NCBI GenBank assembly: GCA_964016885.1
Contig: CAXHJY010000943.1
Span: 1 to 64,000 of the forward strand
From: Eledone cirrhosa
Lineage: Eukaryota
DNA length: 64,000 nt
Reading direction: 5' to 3'
Shown here: positions 20,683 through 33,158 of the stretch, one piece after another
How the letters are laid out: each line of letters begins with the position of its first letter
How positions within the stretch are numbered: position 1 is the stretch's first letter
Notes under the pieces: model-generated
The model's input: only the letters and a program-made list of their open reading frames with translations
Database searches by the model: none
Told to the model about the DNA's origin: nothing
Position numbers and translations under genes: made by a program

Positions 20683-21090
20683 AAATTATGTAAACTATAT
20701 ATATATGTGTTTGTCTATATTGTATCTGTATTATTTTTGACCGCCGGTCAGTCAATGGCAACATTGAGGACCGAGTAAGTTAGATCGCAGATATATATAT
20801 ATATAAAAGACAGCGAGAAGCGAAAACCAACCAAACAGTGAGTGTGTTCTGTTATTAATTCTGGCAATATTACGCAAATATGACCCTCCCCAAATATAAC
20901 AATATATATATATATATATATATATATTTGTGGAATAATTTGGTATCATGTTGCTAAAATCTTTAGGAGAAAATAACTTAGTAACTTGAGCTAATATCCA
21001 GAATAACAGAAAAATAATGACATTTATATCTGAAAACAGACGAGCAGATAAATGTATCCGTTCATACAGACACACTTCCCGTATATTTAT

Positions 21091-21094
<4 letters not shown>

Positions 21095-21135
<41 letters not shown>

Positions 21136-21345
21136 GATAGAGAGAGAGAGATAGAGAGAGAGAGCGAGAGATAGAGAGAGAGAGCGAGAGATAGAGAGAT
21201 AGAGAGAGAGAGCGAGAGATAGAGAGATAGAGAGAGAGAGAGAGCGAGCGATAGAGAGAGAGAGCGAGAGAGCGAGCGAGAGAGAGCGAGCGAGAGAGAG
21301 AGAGCGAGAGCGAGAGAGAGAGAGCGAGAGCGAGAGAGAGAGAGC

Positions 21346-21378
<33 letters not shown>
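21095..21378. repeat. (GA)n microsatellite
   Basis: Direct reading. Confidence 0.95.
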
Positions 21379-21379
<1 letters not shown>

Positions 21380-21874
21380 TATTCATATATTCACTCGAGA
21401 TACGTTAAATATAAATATACACCCGCGTGTATATTTATATTTTCCGACTGTATTGTGATAAGTTTTAGTAAATACACAAGGCGTTGAGGTAATATGTTAC
21501 GAGGGACTAAACACCTGGCATATATATTTATATCGCTCTTCTAACTCTCTCAAGTATCACGTTTTTCAAATGAATTATACCTTTAACACTCACCATAGTT
21601 ATAGAATTATATTCCGATCCAAAAAGGGGTCGAAGTGGTACGGTTGTTAGAATGTCGTATAGAATATTTTGCAGTATTCGTTCCGGCTATGTGAGTTTAA
21701 CGCAACCCCTCACCCCCCTGTGATTAACATTGCATTTCTTTCTTTTGTGGTCAATAAATAAAGTACCACTCTCGTACTTAGCTCGCATCTTCCTCTATGG
21801 CTCTTTCACAAACACACACATTTAACAACCTGAACAGAGAACATATATTTTAAAATATTTAAAATTGATAATCA

Positions 21875-22085
21875 TAATGGTTTTTAATTTAGGCACAAGG
21901 CCAACAATTTGTGTGAAGGGGGGGGGGGAGTTGATTATATCGACTCCAGTATTTTATTTTATCGACCTCAGAAGGATAAAAGGTAAAGTTGACTTCGGTG
22001 GGATTTGAACACAGAACGTAAAGAATTGGAATCAATCCTACTAACCATTTTCCCGGCACTTTAACGACTTTGCTAATCCACCGTC
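21875..22085 (-). mobile_element. Old SINE copy
   Basis: Tail aggcacaaggccaacaattt, core attttatcgacctc..ggataaaaggtaaagttgac, B-box ggatttgaac. Confidence 0.7.
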
Positions 22086-22448
22086 CTTGACAATTACTAT
22101 TAAAAGAACAACAACACTAACGTAGATCTATCCCACTTGACGATACCTCAGGCAAGTGTAATTTACTATACCTCCCAGTTAATCATTTTGTAATTGAAAT
22201 TCGGTAGACAGAAGCCGATAGTGGAATGTTTATCTGAACAAAGTCATCATAGTCAATACCTGTCGTAGAATAACTGCAAGGTATTTAATCATAAGTCTGT
22301 TCTAAAACATTAACCCACGGCTAATAACGACGACAACAACAACAAAAGTAACAAGAGCAAAGTGAACAACAAAATAGCGACAAGAGCAACAGCAAACATA
22401 GTAAAACAGCAGCAGTAATAAGAACAGCAACAGTGGCAACAATAACAG

Positions 22449-22551
22449 CAGTAGAAGCCACAATAATGGTTTCTTGTATAGGCACACGGCCAGTAGAAGC
22501 CACAATAATGGTTTCTTGTATAGGCACACGGCCAGTAGAAGCCACAATAAT
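22449..22551. repeat. 42-bp direct repeat (x2.5) containing a SINE tail
   Basis: cagtagaagccacaataatggtttcttgtataggcacacggc starts at 22449, 22491 and (partial) 22533. Confidence 0.85.
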
Positions 22552-23079
22552 AATAGCAACTGCAGCATCAACAGTGATGATATCAGCAATGGTAGAAGGT
22601 AGAAGAAAAAGAAAACATCGACGACGACGACGAAGAAGAATAACAAACATAACAACGATAACTACTACATAAGTAGCAGGAACAACAGCAACAGCAACAA
22701 CAACAGCAACAGCAGCAGCACTTATAACAGTACTTATAACAGTACTTATAACAGTACCAGAAACAACAATATTAACAACAGCAACAACAGTAAAAACAAT
22801 AACAGTAACAACAATAACAATATCAACAGCAGCAATAATGGCAACATGAAGAGGTTGAAGTAAGAGGCGAAGCTCTGGTCACGGTAACCTCTTTCATATT
22901 GTCTGTGACGTTTCTACAAATATTTTTCTGAATCTATAAACTTGATGTCATTATCTATTGCATTATTTAACATGCTAAACTACTGACGATAACAACAACA
23001 CCAACAAGATAGGCCTCCATCGGTTGAGAAGATACTTGTTCCAGGTATTCGATCAATAGAACAGCCTTCTCGTGAAATC

Positions 23080-23395
23080 ACCGTGCAAGTGGTTGAGTAT
23101 TCCACTACTACTACTTTGACGATAAACTTCGCTAGTTGCAGACTGCTCATCAACATGAGCTATTTTTCTCCGCAAAGTTTGATCACCAACAGCGGAGTTT
23201 AAAGTGCATAGATCACGTCCAGTCCATAAGTTGAGATTATGAAGCAATCGTTTTGGCTGCCAGCCTCTGCTTCTCTTACCAGCCAACCTTGCTTCCAGGC
23301 ATAACCTACTCACACCGCGAGTTGATCTTTTTATATGACCGTATAGTTTGAGTACTTTTGACTTGACAATTGATTTAATTGTTCTAAGTCCACTA
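23080..23395 (-). mobile_element. RTE/RTEX-type LINE ORF C-terminus remnant
   Basis: YGHIKR...LCLEARLAGKRSRGWQPKRLLHNLNLWTG...DQTLRRKI resembles GH..R...EG...GKR.RGRP..RW.D...WTG. Confidence 0.7.
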
Positions 23396-23559
23396 CAAGT
23401 GTACCTTTAATGTAATTCACAGGGAGATTATGTGCGACAATGTGTGGTAAGACTGACCCTTTGAATTACTGGTTCAGATTTCCCATAGTTTCTGTCTATC
23501 CTATTGATATTACGTGGTTTGTGAAAGATACATGAGAAAATATAGAATCAAATCCAGGG

Positions 23560-23840
23560 CCTTCTATTCCTGTTTGTGGAACCCCGCCTTGGTTGAGCTC
23601 CAGCTCTTTTGATTTTAGTCATGTCAAGGGTGTAGACATACTCACCACCCTTGGCCAATTGCAGGTTGAGGAGGCTATTTAACTGTTTAGATTTTTGTGC
23701 TGCTGGGTTTCCACTTACCCTCCTCACCAGACAGGGTCTGGTGGGGGAGCCGGTTTAGTCGTTGACCACTCGACCATGAAACAGGTTCTACTGGGTTATA
23801 TGGTACCAGTAATAGGTAGAAACCTGACCTGACCTGACCT
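23560..23840 (-). mobile_element. Probable RTE-type 5' UTR fragment (structured)
   Basis: Minus strand starts (GGTCA)3 then hairpins tactgg/ccagta and ccaccagac/gtctggtga; GC-rich island. Confidence 0.4.
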
Positions 23841-24069
23841 TGAGAAAATATAGTTTGGAATCAATGACTGGGTGATGGTCGTGGATGGAAAACATTTGAT
23901 CATAGAACTGCTTTATCATAGCTGAGCTGGATGCTAAATAACAACATTAACAGTGGTGGTAACAACTTCAGCAACAGACATGATAGAACAGTAGTAGTAA
24001 CCACGTTACCAACAGTTATAACAACTACATCACTATTGATAATAACTATAGTTACAACAGCAATCACAG

Positions 24070-24720
24070 CAACCACAACAATAAACTCAACAACAACTAC
24101 AACAATAAACTCAACAACAACCACAACAATAAACTCAACAACAACCACAACAATAAACTCAACAACAACCACAACAAACTCAACAACCACCACAACAATA
24201 AACTCAACAACCACCACAACAATAAACTCAACAACAACCACAACAATAAACTCAACAACCACCACAACAATAAACTCAACAACCACCACAACAATAAACT
24301 CAACAACCACCACAACAATAAACTCAACAACCACCACAACAATAAACTCAACAACCACCACAACAATAAACTCAACAACCACCACAACAATAAACTCAAC
24401 AACAACCACAACAATAAACTCAACAACAACCACAACAATAAACTCAACAACAACCACAACAATAAACTCAACAACAACCACAACAATAAACTCAACAACA
24501 ACCACAACAATAAACTCAACAACAACCACAACAATAAACTCAACAACAACCACAACAATAAACTCAACAACAACCACAACAATAAACTCAACAACCACAA
24601 CAATAAACTCAACAACAACTACAACAATAAACTCAACAACAACCACAACAATAAACTCAACAACAACTACAACAATAAACTCAACAACCACCACAACAAT
24701 AAACTCAACAACAACCACAG
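24070..24720. repeat. 24-bp minisatellite (ataaactcaacaacMaccacaaca)
   Basis: About 27 tandem units within an (AAC)n-rich region. Confidence 0.95.
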
Positions 24721-26537
24721 CACTTCCAGAAACAGTAGCAGTAACTACGTCAACAGCAACAACAGCGACAACAACGACAATATGAACATCAACAATATCA
24801 AAGAGAATAGCAATAATAGCAACAACTGCTGCTGTAATAACACAGTTATAGCAACGACAACCATAATACGAACAACATCAACATCAGCAGAGACCGGCAT
24901 AATATCATCAAAAATAACATTAACAACAATTACAGAAGCAACAACAACAGCAGCAGCAACAAGACCACAAGTAACAGCAGCAATAACAATAACAATAACA
25001 GCAAAAATAACGGCGACCACAACATTAGCACAAACAACTTCAGGAACAACAGCAAGCATAATATCATCAAAAACAACATTAGCCTTAACAGCAGCAACAG
25101 CAGAACATCAATGGACATATAAACAGAAGCAACAGCAGTGGTAGCATTTGACAGCAACAATAACAACCAGAATATCAGCAGAAACATGCATAATATCATA
25201 AAATATTGCATACGCCACAACAACTACAACAGCAGCAGTAGTATCAACAATAACAATTACAGCATTAACAACAACACACGTAGTAATGGTATCAAGAGAT
25301 ATAACAAGAAAACAATCACAATGGTTATTTATTCCGAGAATACACAAAGCACAGTATGTGTATACCATCAATGATAGTAATAGCAGTGATAAATATACTG
25401 GTGTTGATTCATTTTGTTGCCACAAGAGATATGAATAAACGGTCGCAACATCTTGAAAGAAGAATTATTAAATAGCAGAATTAGGGGGAAAAAACAAACA
25501 TAAAAGGCATATAATAGAATAATGGTAATGCCAATAATAAGTTATTTATCACTGTCATAACAGTTAAGTATATTCCTATTGCATATTACTAGTACTTATA
25601 ATTACTTATACTACATTACATATATAACTTCTGGAAATAAAAACCAAATCTCATACAAATCACATCGTAACATCTTTAAAAGGAATGTACATATTGACGA
25701 ATGTAGTCATGGATATATTATTTCTGAATAAAAGACAAATGAAATAACTGATTTGGTGATGTAATGTTTCCACCATTAATTATAAGAGCTCTGTGATATT
25801 ATGCCACCATTATGTATTTCAGATCTAATGTGTGGCCGAGTGGTTATGGCTTTGGGCTCACGATTTCTGGACTGGACGATGCATTGTGTTCACAGTATAA
25901 CATTAGATTAGGAAAATAAATTCAAAATAAATTGCAGGAAGGAAACGGTATTGTTTTGGGATGAGTTGTAGATGTAAACATAAGAAATCGGGAAAATGTG
26001 ATTCTGTCAGTTGAAATGAAATAAAGAGACTTTCTAAATATTCAAGACAGTTGTCAAACACACACCATACGTAATGATGCGTGGACATTTTAGAAATGCC
26101 TTACCTGACAACGAGAATATTGGTAAGCTTGAATATAATTCACTGCAGGAATACTCCATTAACACTATCTATCTACTTGCTTTGGCCTCACTGTCCGACA
26201 GTGCACACTCCGTTAATTATAACAATTATCCGACATTGGCCCTTCGTTATATATTTAAAATTCAACACTTAGCCTAATGGTTACGGTGTTGGATTCACGA
26301 TCATAAGGCCGAAAGCTAGGTACCTGAACCAGGAGATGGTTTGTTTTCTTGAGCAAGACGCTTTATTTCATACTGCTTTTCATAAGACCGAGGTCTCTAT
26401 GACTAAAAACACACGAAAAACCTCCGAGCTGCAATATCGTAGGAGTCAAGCTAAACCTGTATAGATATGACCAGTAAATTTCATTTTTGTTTTAACATGA
26501 AGTCGTTCAATCAATCCCAAATCGTAAGCAGCCCTGA

Positions 26538-27026
26538 GACTAAATATTTAGTATTTTAACAGTAATAAATCCAATTTATTCCTGTCTAACCGGTATGTTG
26601 CCGGATATAAACAGTAAATACTAACGCACACACACACATATATATATATAAGTTTATCCCGGGTAACCACAGTAAATAACGTACTCAATACAAAGCAGAG
26701 TATAAATATTTAATATAGAAAAGGCTTCTACAAAACTAGAACTTTTTCATTCGGGAGAAATCATGATGATTTCTCCCAAATGAAAAAGTTCTAGTTTTGT
26801 AGAAGCCTTTTCTATATTAAATATTTATACTCTGCTTTGTATTGAGTACGTTACTTACTGTGGTTACCCCCGATTGAACCCGGGATAAACTTATATATAT
26901 ATGTGTGTGCGTGCGTTAGTATTTACTGTTTATGTCCGGCAACATACCGGTTCGACAGGAATAAATTGGATTTATTACTGTTAAAATACTAAATATCTAG
27001 TCCTGTAGAAGCATTTTCTATATTAA

Positions 27027-27029
<3 letters not shown>
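26538..27029. mobile_element. About 460-bp palindrome built on PLE mini-element family B
   Basis: Arms 26538-26763 and 26768-27002 are near-perfect reverse complements; apex at atcatgatgat; homologous to 59055-59238. Confidence 0.85.
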
Positions 27030-27057
<28 letters not shown>

Positions 27058-27104
27058 AAATATTAGGAAATAATAGACACAAATATGCCTATTTTTTCTT
27101 CAAA

Positions 27105-27179
27105 GTCCCGACTGCAGTTTCGCCGATCTGGGTGCATCGATTCTGCACTTTAAAAGTGCATCATCGCTTATCAAGAGAC
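27105..27179 (-). ncRNA. Type-I hammerhead ribozyme motif (UUGAUAA variant)
   Basis: Minus strand gtctc-TTGATAA-gcgat...atcggc-GAAAC-TGCA-GTC-gggac; 5-bp stem I, palindromic stem III loop. Confidence 0.7.
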
Positions 27180-27519
27180 CCCTCAGAAAAAAGGCTTGTT
27201 TCTCGACGCGTTTATAGCAAGTGAGAAAGACTCATAGGAGGAGGGAGATATTAACACGTGATACAGTGGTAAAGAAAAAAAGGATTGTTTCTTTCGTTGC
27301 AAGTGAGAATTTCTTGAGAGGTGAGGAGAGATATAAACACATGAAACAGTAGTCACAGAAGGGTAGTAAGGTGGACAGTGAGTGAACGACATATTTGCTA
27401 GAAAAAGCAGTTAGTATACTCGTGGTTAATTCGACGACAGGGGGGGTTGGGACAATATAATAATGAAATACACACACATATCCATATGTATATGTGTGTG
27501 TGTGTTGTCCGCCTTAACA

Positions 27520-27559
<40 letters not shown>

Positions 27560-29724
27560 TAAAAGGAATTCCAACTTTGTCTGATTTACTTGTTTTATTT
27601 ACAATCCTTTAAAATTATAATGATATTATAATGAAATAGTATGGTAGAATGTTAAATGAACAAGTACTTCCATGCTTTCGCAATCTTCAGGTTTGAAGAT
27701 TGCGCTCACAAGATTTTGGTGAACTCGAGAGTATGGCAAATATACTTTTACTAGATGTCCTGCAGTGGGAACGAACTCTGGCCTCCCCCATTTAGAATTG
27801 AGCTTATTAACTACTGAGTTATTCCCGCGTTCAATTAATAACATAAATGCTGTATTGAAAAAGTAGAAATTGCCTTACATTCAAATACACATCCATCATA
27901 AGGGACGGGATGATTAACTCCTAATGAAATCGTAGGAGCACCCACATGACACACAGTATGTCTTTGGTATATTAAACATTATGAAACCCGTCTTTCTCCA
28001 GGTCAGAACACGACCAATTTATTCCAACGTAGGAGAGAACGTGAGAGAATGTGTTGAAGAAAGATAGATAAAGAATGTATCTCAGTAGTACTGGTATGCT
28101 TATTTATTGACCCCCAAAACGATGAAAACCAAAGTAGGCCACGTTAGGATTTGAACTCACAGCGCAGTGGGTCACTTTAAATCTGACACCCTTACAACTT
28201 CCAATTTACTGCAAACATTCATCACATCTCAATTAAATTGATTTTTCTAGAAAACTTCGGAACATAGGCGGTTTATGTTATTACAACAGTCTATTTATAG
28301 ACCACTACTCTTAATAAGGTTTTAGTGAAGATTGATTCATTTAGAATATATAACTTAGATAGTGATGCCTTTTTAATTGGGCAGCCAAAGAAATAGTCTT
28401 TAAATTCATCAACATTATTTCCCTTCACTGAAATTGGACGATTTAATTATGTTGTTATTGAATAGAGAAAAATGTACAATGACACCTTATTGAATTGCAT
28501 ACAACAATGTTCAATTATTCAAACTATAAAGTATGGTTAAGTCAGGATAATTAAGGAGCATACTGAAATATATCAATTTAAATATTTTGATGTGTTTCAA
28601 CATTTTTATGAGTAAAATATTAATTTAATTTCAAATTACTATGAATAAGTTATTTTATATATATATAACGGTTTCTAAATTAGACACAACGTTATCGATT
28701 TTCAAGGGAAAGGAACGTTAATTATATCGACCTCGGAATGTTGAAAGACAAAGTTGACTTCTAATGGTTTTGAACAGAGAACGCTGCTTTAGTTATCGTA
28801 TAAAAAAAAACCAGCGTTCTAATTGCATATAACTAATGAATAGAAAAGATCATTCTAGACATTCATACATTATACGAATGATTGTAGTTACTTAACCCTG
28901 ATTATTCGGTGTTTTATGTACATACTATATATATTACTCAATTTATCTTTCCTTTCTACAAGTGTAAAGTTTCCGCTGACTCAATTTCATTCACAAGTGT
29001 TGGATCGACCCAGAGCTGTGGTAAACACACATGACCAAGATTTCACGCACTGTGTTTGAACTTAGAACCTCATGATTATTAAGCCAATCTTTTACTCACT
29101 CGGCCATGCATGAAAAAGACTCGGAACACAGATGTTGAAAATGTTCAAATTCAAAAGAGTAAGACAAATATATGATATTGTGGGCCGAAAAAACCCGACA
29201 ACCTTGAGTTAAGTATGATGCTGTATCTTGTGGAGATAAAATTGTACAATTGAATAGATATGAATAGATATGTATCAAACAAACAAAATATTATCCGAAA
29301 CGCTATGATTATGGAAAGTTTAAAAGAGCAAAATGGAAATGAACCGAATATCTGATCGGACCAAGGAAACTATGTTCCCATTAGTATATGATGCGACATT
29401 CTAACGGTGTTTTGATCGATGTTAAACCTCTGCCTCCCGGTGTGTGTGTGCTGAAAGTATCTTCCGGATGCATCTCCTGGCATGAGGAAGAAGGATTTGA
29501 ACTCAGATTCACAAAGTCGGATCAAATACTACAAAGCATACCGTCCAACTGTCAGTCCACCACTCATGGATCAATATTTTATTATTTATTTATCCTGAAA
29601 GAAGTTAATGCAAAGTTAGACTCAGCGATATTTGAACGCAGCGGGCAATAAGCCGCAGAAAATTCCAAACTACTTTTAATCCAATATCCTAAGAACTAGC
29701 TCATATTAATTTCAATATATTTAT

Positions 29725-29898
29725 TGGCAGTATCGGTAGAGGGTCGGACGCCATGCTTTCAAGCATAGTTACGTCCCTTTACGATCTGAGTTCAAATCCC
29801 GCCGAGGTTGACTTTGCCTTTCTTCCTTACGGGGTCGATAAAATAAAGTACCAGTAATGCACTGGGTAATTGCTGGCCTTGTGCCTAAAGTAGAAAGA
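29725..29898 (+). mobile_element. Young tRNA-derived SINE with 20-bp TSD
   Basis: A-box tggcagtatcgg, B-box gagttcaaatcc, core ctttgcctttc.tccttacggggtcgataaaataaagtacc; attaatttcaatatatttat at 29705 and 29899. Confidence 0.92.
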
Positions 29899-30053
29899 AT
29901 TAATTTCAATATATTTATGACGTGAAATTTAGAATTTCAAAAATTCCCTGTTAAATAAAACATTATTACAACACTAAACACTATCAGAAACAAATTGTTA
30001 CCGCTAAGACATAAAACGGCAGACATTCGTGATAATAATGCAATCACCAGACA

Positions 30054-30232
30054 TTGGCAGTATCGGTAGAGGGTCGGATGCCATGCTTTCCAGCATAGTT
30101 ACGTCCCTTAACGATCTGAGTTCAAATCCCGCTGAGGTTGACTTTGCCTTTCATCCTTACGGGGTCGATAAAATAAAGTACCAGTAATGCACTGGGTATT
30201 TGCTGGCCTTGTGCCAAAAAGTAGAAACAATT
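30054..30232 (+). mobile_element. Young SINE copy
   Basis: Near-identical to 29725-29898. Confidence 0.92.
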
Positions 30233-30614
30233 AAATACACACTTCATTTCTGGCAGTGGGCTTATTTCTTTTGTTTTAAATTGGTGCTCATTATATTATA
30301 TCGCTTAAATTAAAATCTTACCAGATATTTTATTCATTCGCACATATATATAGAGAGGGAGAGAGAGATGTGTGGAAGATAAGATTTAATTTCCTGCTGA
30401 TTCTAATTCGTTAATGATCAAATGTATACAAAAGAATATTTTGTAAATGCCTGATTAGTATAAAAATAAAACAAAACCGACAATAATTCTAATTATTTTT
30501 CAAATATCTGTCAGTGTTTCAAGATTTTTTTATGCTTATATAAATATATATATATATATATATAAAGAATGAATAATAACAGGTAGACATCATAAAAAGG
30601 TAATTTATTCCGTG

Positions 30615-30726
30615 TGCTTACAAATGTTTCCACGGTGGTACTACAGCCTAGTTATGCTATGTGCAAATTTACAAGTATTTGCAGAACTCAAATATCCAAT
30701 GCTGTGACCACTGTATCCTCAGAGCA
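30615..30726 (-). ncRNA. Type-I hammerhead ribozyme motif with extended stem II
   Basis: Minus strand tgct-CTGAGGA-tacagtggt...accaccgtg-GAAAC-ATTT-GTA-agca then AATAAA; island between TA runs. Confidence 0.75.
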
Positions 30727-31872
30727 GAATGGTAAAATGTACAATGTAAATACCATTACTACATCTTGGATAATCCTATACCTAATATATATATATATAT
30801 ACATTGTTGTTTTCGTTTACTTTTCGGATATATATATATATATGTGTATATATATAAAGGTTTAAGAATTTTAACTGCATGGAGTTCGTGATATGAATAT
30901 ACTCGTATATGAAAAACAAAAGTACCTTCAGATAATGTAATTAAATGGGATAGAAAGTACATCCATGCCATCAGCTATTATTTGAATCGGAAGTACAACA
31001 AACTAGAAGAAGGCATGGGACGAAAATATATGAAAAATATAGGTCGGATGTCCTTAGATAGGGAAGGAGGTAGCCAAGAGACGCTGACGAGAACAATGGT
31101 CTTACAACCGATATAACTTAAACAGAAACAATAATGAATGTTCAAGTGATATCAGAAATTGTAATAGGTGCACAACGATTAAGTGTAAAGAAAGATATAT
31201 CTCATAAGTGAAAAGGGATAATTCACCATTTCTCATCATCTCTCGTCAGTTTCGTAGTCACAGACAGAAATGAAGATGGTAAAACGGCCAAAGATTCGTA
31301 GATTAGACTCTATGAAAAAAAAAAGGGGGGTGGGGTTAAGAAAAGGGAATATTTGATATTTTGATAACAAGAGATATGTTTCATAGAATTATAGCTGTCA
31401 GAAAAATACGGAACAATAAATAGTACAGAATTAACAGGTTAATTTTAAATGCGAACAATACTGAACGTGAACATTTCCAATAAATTTGAATATGACAATT
31501 TCCTCCTCGCAGATATAAGAATTTTCAAATTAAATCAGTTTTAAATATAAAACAACATCTGTTTTAATAATAGTATGCTTTGAAAATTATATACGTCTGA
31601 AACATTGATATTTTTTTTTTATATATTTTCTGCGATTCTTTCTTATTGTTGAGTTAAATTTATATTCAACATGCCTCTGGTAATGAATACCATATTATTT
31701 ACATCGTCGACACAGAATTCATTAAAACAATATTAACTAAAAATATGAGTGAATACATTGATATGCAATGTTAAACCTGAATAATCTAACCGATTTATGC
31801 ATATACAAAATAGCAGTTATTTGTTAACCGGCTTATTTTTCTTTTTTTACAAAACCGGCTGTATTTCAATTA

Positions 31873-32674
31873 TCTATATATCTAAAACAGAGAATGTCTG
31901 TCTGTGTGTCTGTCTGACTCTCTAGAACTCGAGAACCATCCAACCGATTGTTTTCAAACTTTACACATGTAATACTTACAGTCCTGTGAGTGTTTTGAGC
32001 AAACAATATTTCAAATTTTCAATGCCCTGGGCACCGCATTAGGTGATTTCGCTATCTCTCTCTATAATTCTTAGTTTTTTTTTAGATAGATACATAGATA
32101 TAACGTTGCGCCCTTATAATATCTGTCTGTATGTCTGCATTACGACATTATGACGGGTGTGGGTGTGCGCGTGCGTGCGTGCGTGCGTATGTATGTGTGC
32201 GTGCGTGTGTGTGTAACGTTTTTCGAAATATTTACTTCTGCGTTCACAGATTCATATTTTTCGTTTTCTCTTTCTGTTTTCCTAGATTAAACTGCCTCTC
32301 TGAGACTCTTCAGTCACTGTGTCGTCACATATGTGCTTTCTCCGTACCATTACTACAATGGAATGATCCTCGGAGATTGCTGAACTCATGCTACCTTCCT
32401 TTATGGCCTCCTGACTCCCTCCTCTTCCCTCAGTTCATCCCATTGGTCGTGGACACCTCTTCTCTAGTCCACTCACTCGCAGTCATTCTTGCCAAGAACA
32501 TTGTTTCATTCCTCCGCAAATCCCTCTCTGATCATGTCTTTCGCAAAGAAGTGAAACCACAACAGTTTAAACAGATCATCAATGCCATTAATCTCTACGG
32601 TTACAGAGGGCCAGTGAAACCGTAGGCACTAACCTTCCAATAGCCTTTAGTTAGTTCGGCCGGGTTTACATTAG
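31873..32674 (+). mobile_element. Non-autonomous Helitron (5' about 280 bp clear; 3' end uncertain)
   Basis: Starts A|TCTATATATCTAAAAC, matching the 5' end of the minus-strand copy; possible decayed end cggccgggtttacattag. Confidence 0.55.
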
Positions 32675-32948
32675 CCCTACCAAGTACAAAAGGAAAAATT
32701 CTGCTATCCCGTCACACTAATAATGGTCACAAAGTCAACAAACCTGGGTGAAGGAAAATCAATTAAATTGACCCAGTGCGTTAATGGTTCCATATTTTAT
32801 CGACCCTGTAAGGACGAAAAGCAAAGATAACCTCGGCGGGATTTGAAATCAGAATGTAAAGGGCCGTTACGATAAGAATTTTTACGATTAAATATTTTGT
32901 CCAATGCTCTATCAATATTACTAACCAAAGCCATTATATCTAACACAA

Positions 32949-33056
32949 ATCCCGCCGTGGTTAAGTTTGCCTTTCATCCTTACGGGGTCGATCAAATAAA
33001 GTACCAGCAATGTATGGGTAATTGCTGGCCTTGTGCCAATAGTAGAAACAATTATA
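32949..33056 (+). mobile_element. 5'-truncated SINE
   Basis: Core and tail of young family. Confidence 0.8.
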
Positions 33057-33158
33057 ACTAACAACATATATAATACTATTTATAAAACAATAGACGTCTT
33101 AACGTAAACAAAGGTGAATAGTAGCGTAGGAAATAGTAGTCTAATAAATTATAGTCAA

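Larger units (their letters stand above)
19422..20790 (+). mobile_element. 5'-truncated Penelope-like retroelement (C-terminal endonuclease type) flanked by (TA)n
   Basis: Open frame with RT thumb and GIY-YIG, 3' UTR with hammerhead motif, TA repeats on both sides. Confidence 0.9.

Noticed and set aside
29725-29805. tRNA gene
   Set aside because: A/B boxes belong to a SINE head; no full cloverleaf, continues into SINE core
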